From positions 2,098-66,097 of the forward strand of contig CALDOI010000142.1 of NCBI GenBank assembly GCA_937912115.1: a stretch of DNA of 64,000 bases. The letters run 5' to 3'. The stretch is from an uncultured Bacteroidota bacterium (lineage in GTDB: Bacteria; Bacteroidota; Bacteroidia; Bacteroidales; F082). Below, piece by piece: positions 62,179-64,000 of the stretch. Position 1 is the stretch's first letter. Each line of letters opens with the position of its first letter. The notes beneath the pieces are model-generated. The model was not told the DNA's origin. It saw nothing but the letters and a program-made list of their open reading frames with translations, and searched no databases. The translations under genes and the position numbers were made by a program.

Positions 62179-64000
62179 ATGAAGTCAATTGATATACGAA
62201 AAGCTTTCCTCGATTTTTTCGCCAGCAAACAACATAAGATTGTGTCATCAGCTCCAATGGTTGTTAAAAATGACCCTACCCTTATGTTCACCAATGCGGG
62301 CATGAATCAGTTTAAGGATCTTTTCCTGGGCAATGCACCAATTATTACATCAAGAGTTGCCGATACTCAAAAATGCCTGAGGGTAAGTGGTAAACATAAT
62401 GATCTTGAGGAAGTTGGTCACGATACCTACCATCATACAATGTTTGAAATGCTGGGTAATTGGTCGTTTGGTGATCCCATTGGTGGCGAGGGTGGCTATT
62501 TCAAAAACGAAGCCATAGACTGGGCATGGGAACTTTTTACAGAAGTATATAATATTGACAAAGAAAGCTTATACGTAACTGTTTTTGAGGGTGATAAAAG
62601 TGATGGGCTGTCAGAGGATAGTGAAGCACGCAATATCTGGAGAAAATATCTTCCTGAGGACAGAATATTACTTGGATCAAAAAAAGATAATTTCTGGGAA
62701 ATGGGTGATACCGGACCATGTGGCCCTTGTTCTGAAATCCATATTGACATAAGACCAAAAGAAGAAAAAGCAAAAATTTCCGGACGTGAACTTGTAAATA
62801 TGGATCACCCTGAAGTTATAGAAATATGGAATCTAGTATTTATAGAATTCAATCGTCTTTCGAGTGGCGAATTGCAACCTCTTGCAGCTAAACATGTTGA
62901 TACTGGTATGGGATTCGAACGTTTAGCAATGGTACTTCAAGGGGTAAGGTCTAATTATGATACTGATATTTTCACTCCAATCATTAGTGAAATCTCAAAA
63001 CTATCGGGAATTAAATACGGTAGCAACAATGAGTCGGATATCGCCATGAGGGTGATTGCTGACCATTTAAGGGCTGTATCTTTTGCAATTGCTGACGGAC
63101 AATTACCATCTAATACCGGAGCTGGTTATGTTATTCGCAGAATATTACGACGTGCAGTTAGATATGGTTTTACTTTTCTTGACTTTGATGCACCGGCGTT
63201 ATACAAGTTACTTCCTGTGCTTAACGATCAAATGGGAGAAGTATTCACTGAATTAAGAACCCAACTCGACTTTATCAGTCAGGTTATTAAGGAAGAAGAA
63301 GTTGCATTCCTGAGAACCCTTGCCCATGGGATTAAAAAATTTGACAGCTATATTGAGAGCAATAAAGAAAATAAAGAAGTTGCCGGTGATTTTGCATTTG
63401 AGCTATATGATACTTTTGGATTCCCTATAGATCTAACTCAACTTATTGCCCGCGAAAAGGGGATGACTGTTGACATGGCGGGTTATAACACCGGATTGGA
63501 TGAACAAAAAGCCCGGTCCAGAAAAGATGCTTCAGTGGACACTGGTGATTGGACAGCAGTTAATGATTCGAATAAGGAATCATTATTTGTTGGATTTGAT
63601 TCCCTTGAATCTGTCTCGAATATTAAAAAATTCAGAAAAGTTGCAAAAAGCAAACAAACATACTTTGAAATTATCCTTGACAAAACTCCATTTTATGCTG
63701 AATCGGGTGGTCAGGTTGGAGACACAGGAACATTAACATCAGCTAATGAAGTACTGAGAGTTATTGATACTAAAAAGGAAAACAATCAAATAGTACATAT
63801 TGTTTCCACAGAACCAAAAAATCCGGAAGGTGAATTCAAAGCAAAAGTTAACGAGAACAAACGAAGACTAACTACAGCCAATCATAGTGCTACTCACCTC
63901 ATGCATTCGGCACTTAGGCAAGTGCTTGGAAGTCATGTCGAACAAAAAGGATCATTGGTAAATGACGAACGACTTCGTTTTGATTTTTCACATTTTGGTG
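62179..64000 (+). CDS. alaS: Alanine--tRNA ligase (3'-partial; absent from the ORF track)
   Basis: Manual translation [96 protein letters not shown]; runs off the window end. Confidence 0.97.
   Translation, partial: MKSIDIRKAFLDFFASKQHKIVSSAPMVVKNDPTLMFTNAGMNQFKDLFLGNAPIITSRVADTQKCLRVSGKHNDLEEVGHDTYHHTMFEMLGNWSFGDPIGGEGGYFKNEAIDWAWELFTEVYNIDKESLYVTVFEGDKSDGLSEDSEARNIWRKYLPEDRILLGSKKDNFWEMGDTGPCGPCSEIHIDIRPKEEKAKISGRELVNMDHPEVIEIWNLVFIEFNRLSSGELQPLAAKHVDTGMGFERLAMVLQGVRSNYDTDIFTPIISEISKLSGIKYGSNNESDIAMRVIADHLRAVSFAIADGQLPSNTGAGYVIRRILRRAVRYGFTFLDFDAPALYKLLPVLNDQMGEVFTELRTQLDFISQVIKEEEVAFLRTLAHGIKKFDSYIESNKENKEVAGDFAFELYDTFGFPIDLTQLIAREKGMTVDMAGYNTGLDEQKARSRKDASVDTGDWTAVNDSNKESLFVGFDSLESVSNIKKFRKVAKSKQTYFEIILDKTPFYAESGGQVGDTGTLTSANEVLRVIDTKKENNQIVHIVSTEPKNPEGEFKAKVNENKRRLTTANHSATHLMHSALRQVLGSHVEQKGSLVNDERLRFDFSHFG

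Noticed and set aside
2501..63736. Numerous 60-150 aa ORFs antisense to or overlapping long genes in the ORF track
   Set aside because: They are shadow frames of well-supported genes, with Ser/Ile/Phe-rich antisense composition and no recognisable motifs.
1..64000. Prophage, IS, integron, defence island, tRNA or rRNA
   Set aside because: No integrase, transposase, phage, nuclease-effector or structural RNA signatures recognised; composition looks uniform by eye.

Overview
AT-rich chromosomal window from a Bacteroidota genome, probably an anaerobic or facultative Bacteroidales-like organism. The evidence is TAnnTTTG -7 promoters, type IX secretion C-terminal domains, the alaS/M23/MerR and purD/DUF6427 gene order, and a superoxide reductase-like gene. 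Most of the window is housekeeping and cell-envelope genes (recN, murL-murD2, GH3 fusion, split transketolase, gcvT, PiT, prmC, tex, rnhB, purD, alaS), plus two signalling clusters (2.1-15.3 kb and 42.2-47.9 kb) holding six hybrid histidine kinases and no DNA-binding regulator or Hpt. I saw no rRNA, tRNA, CRISPR array, integrase or transposase. Most notable: (1) two diverged copies of an unannotated ~105-bp non-coding element (15330-15441, 19137-19238); (2) an in-frame TGA at a conserved Cys of a receiver domain whose tail is intact; (3) a kinase-less PAS protein and a sensor-less kinase in the same cluster, suggesting split or modular kinases; (4) the MurL/MurD2 racemase-independent peptidoglycan route; (5) an IPTL-CTERM-like sorting tail; (6) two gene remnants missed by the ORF track; (7) AACYCAA heptamer arrays between convergent genes. 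All family calls come from motif recognition by eye; no searches were run.
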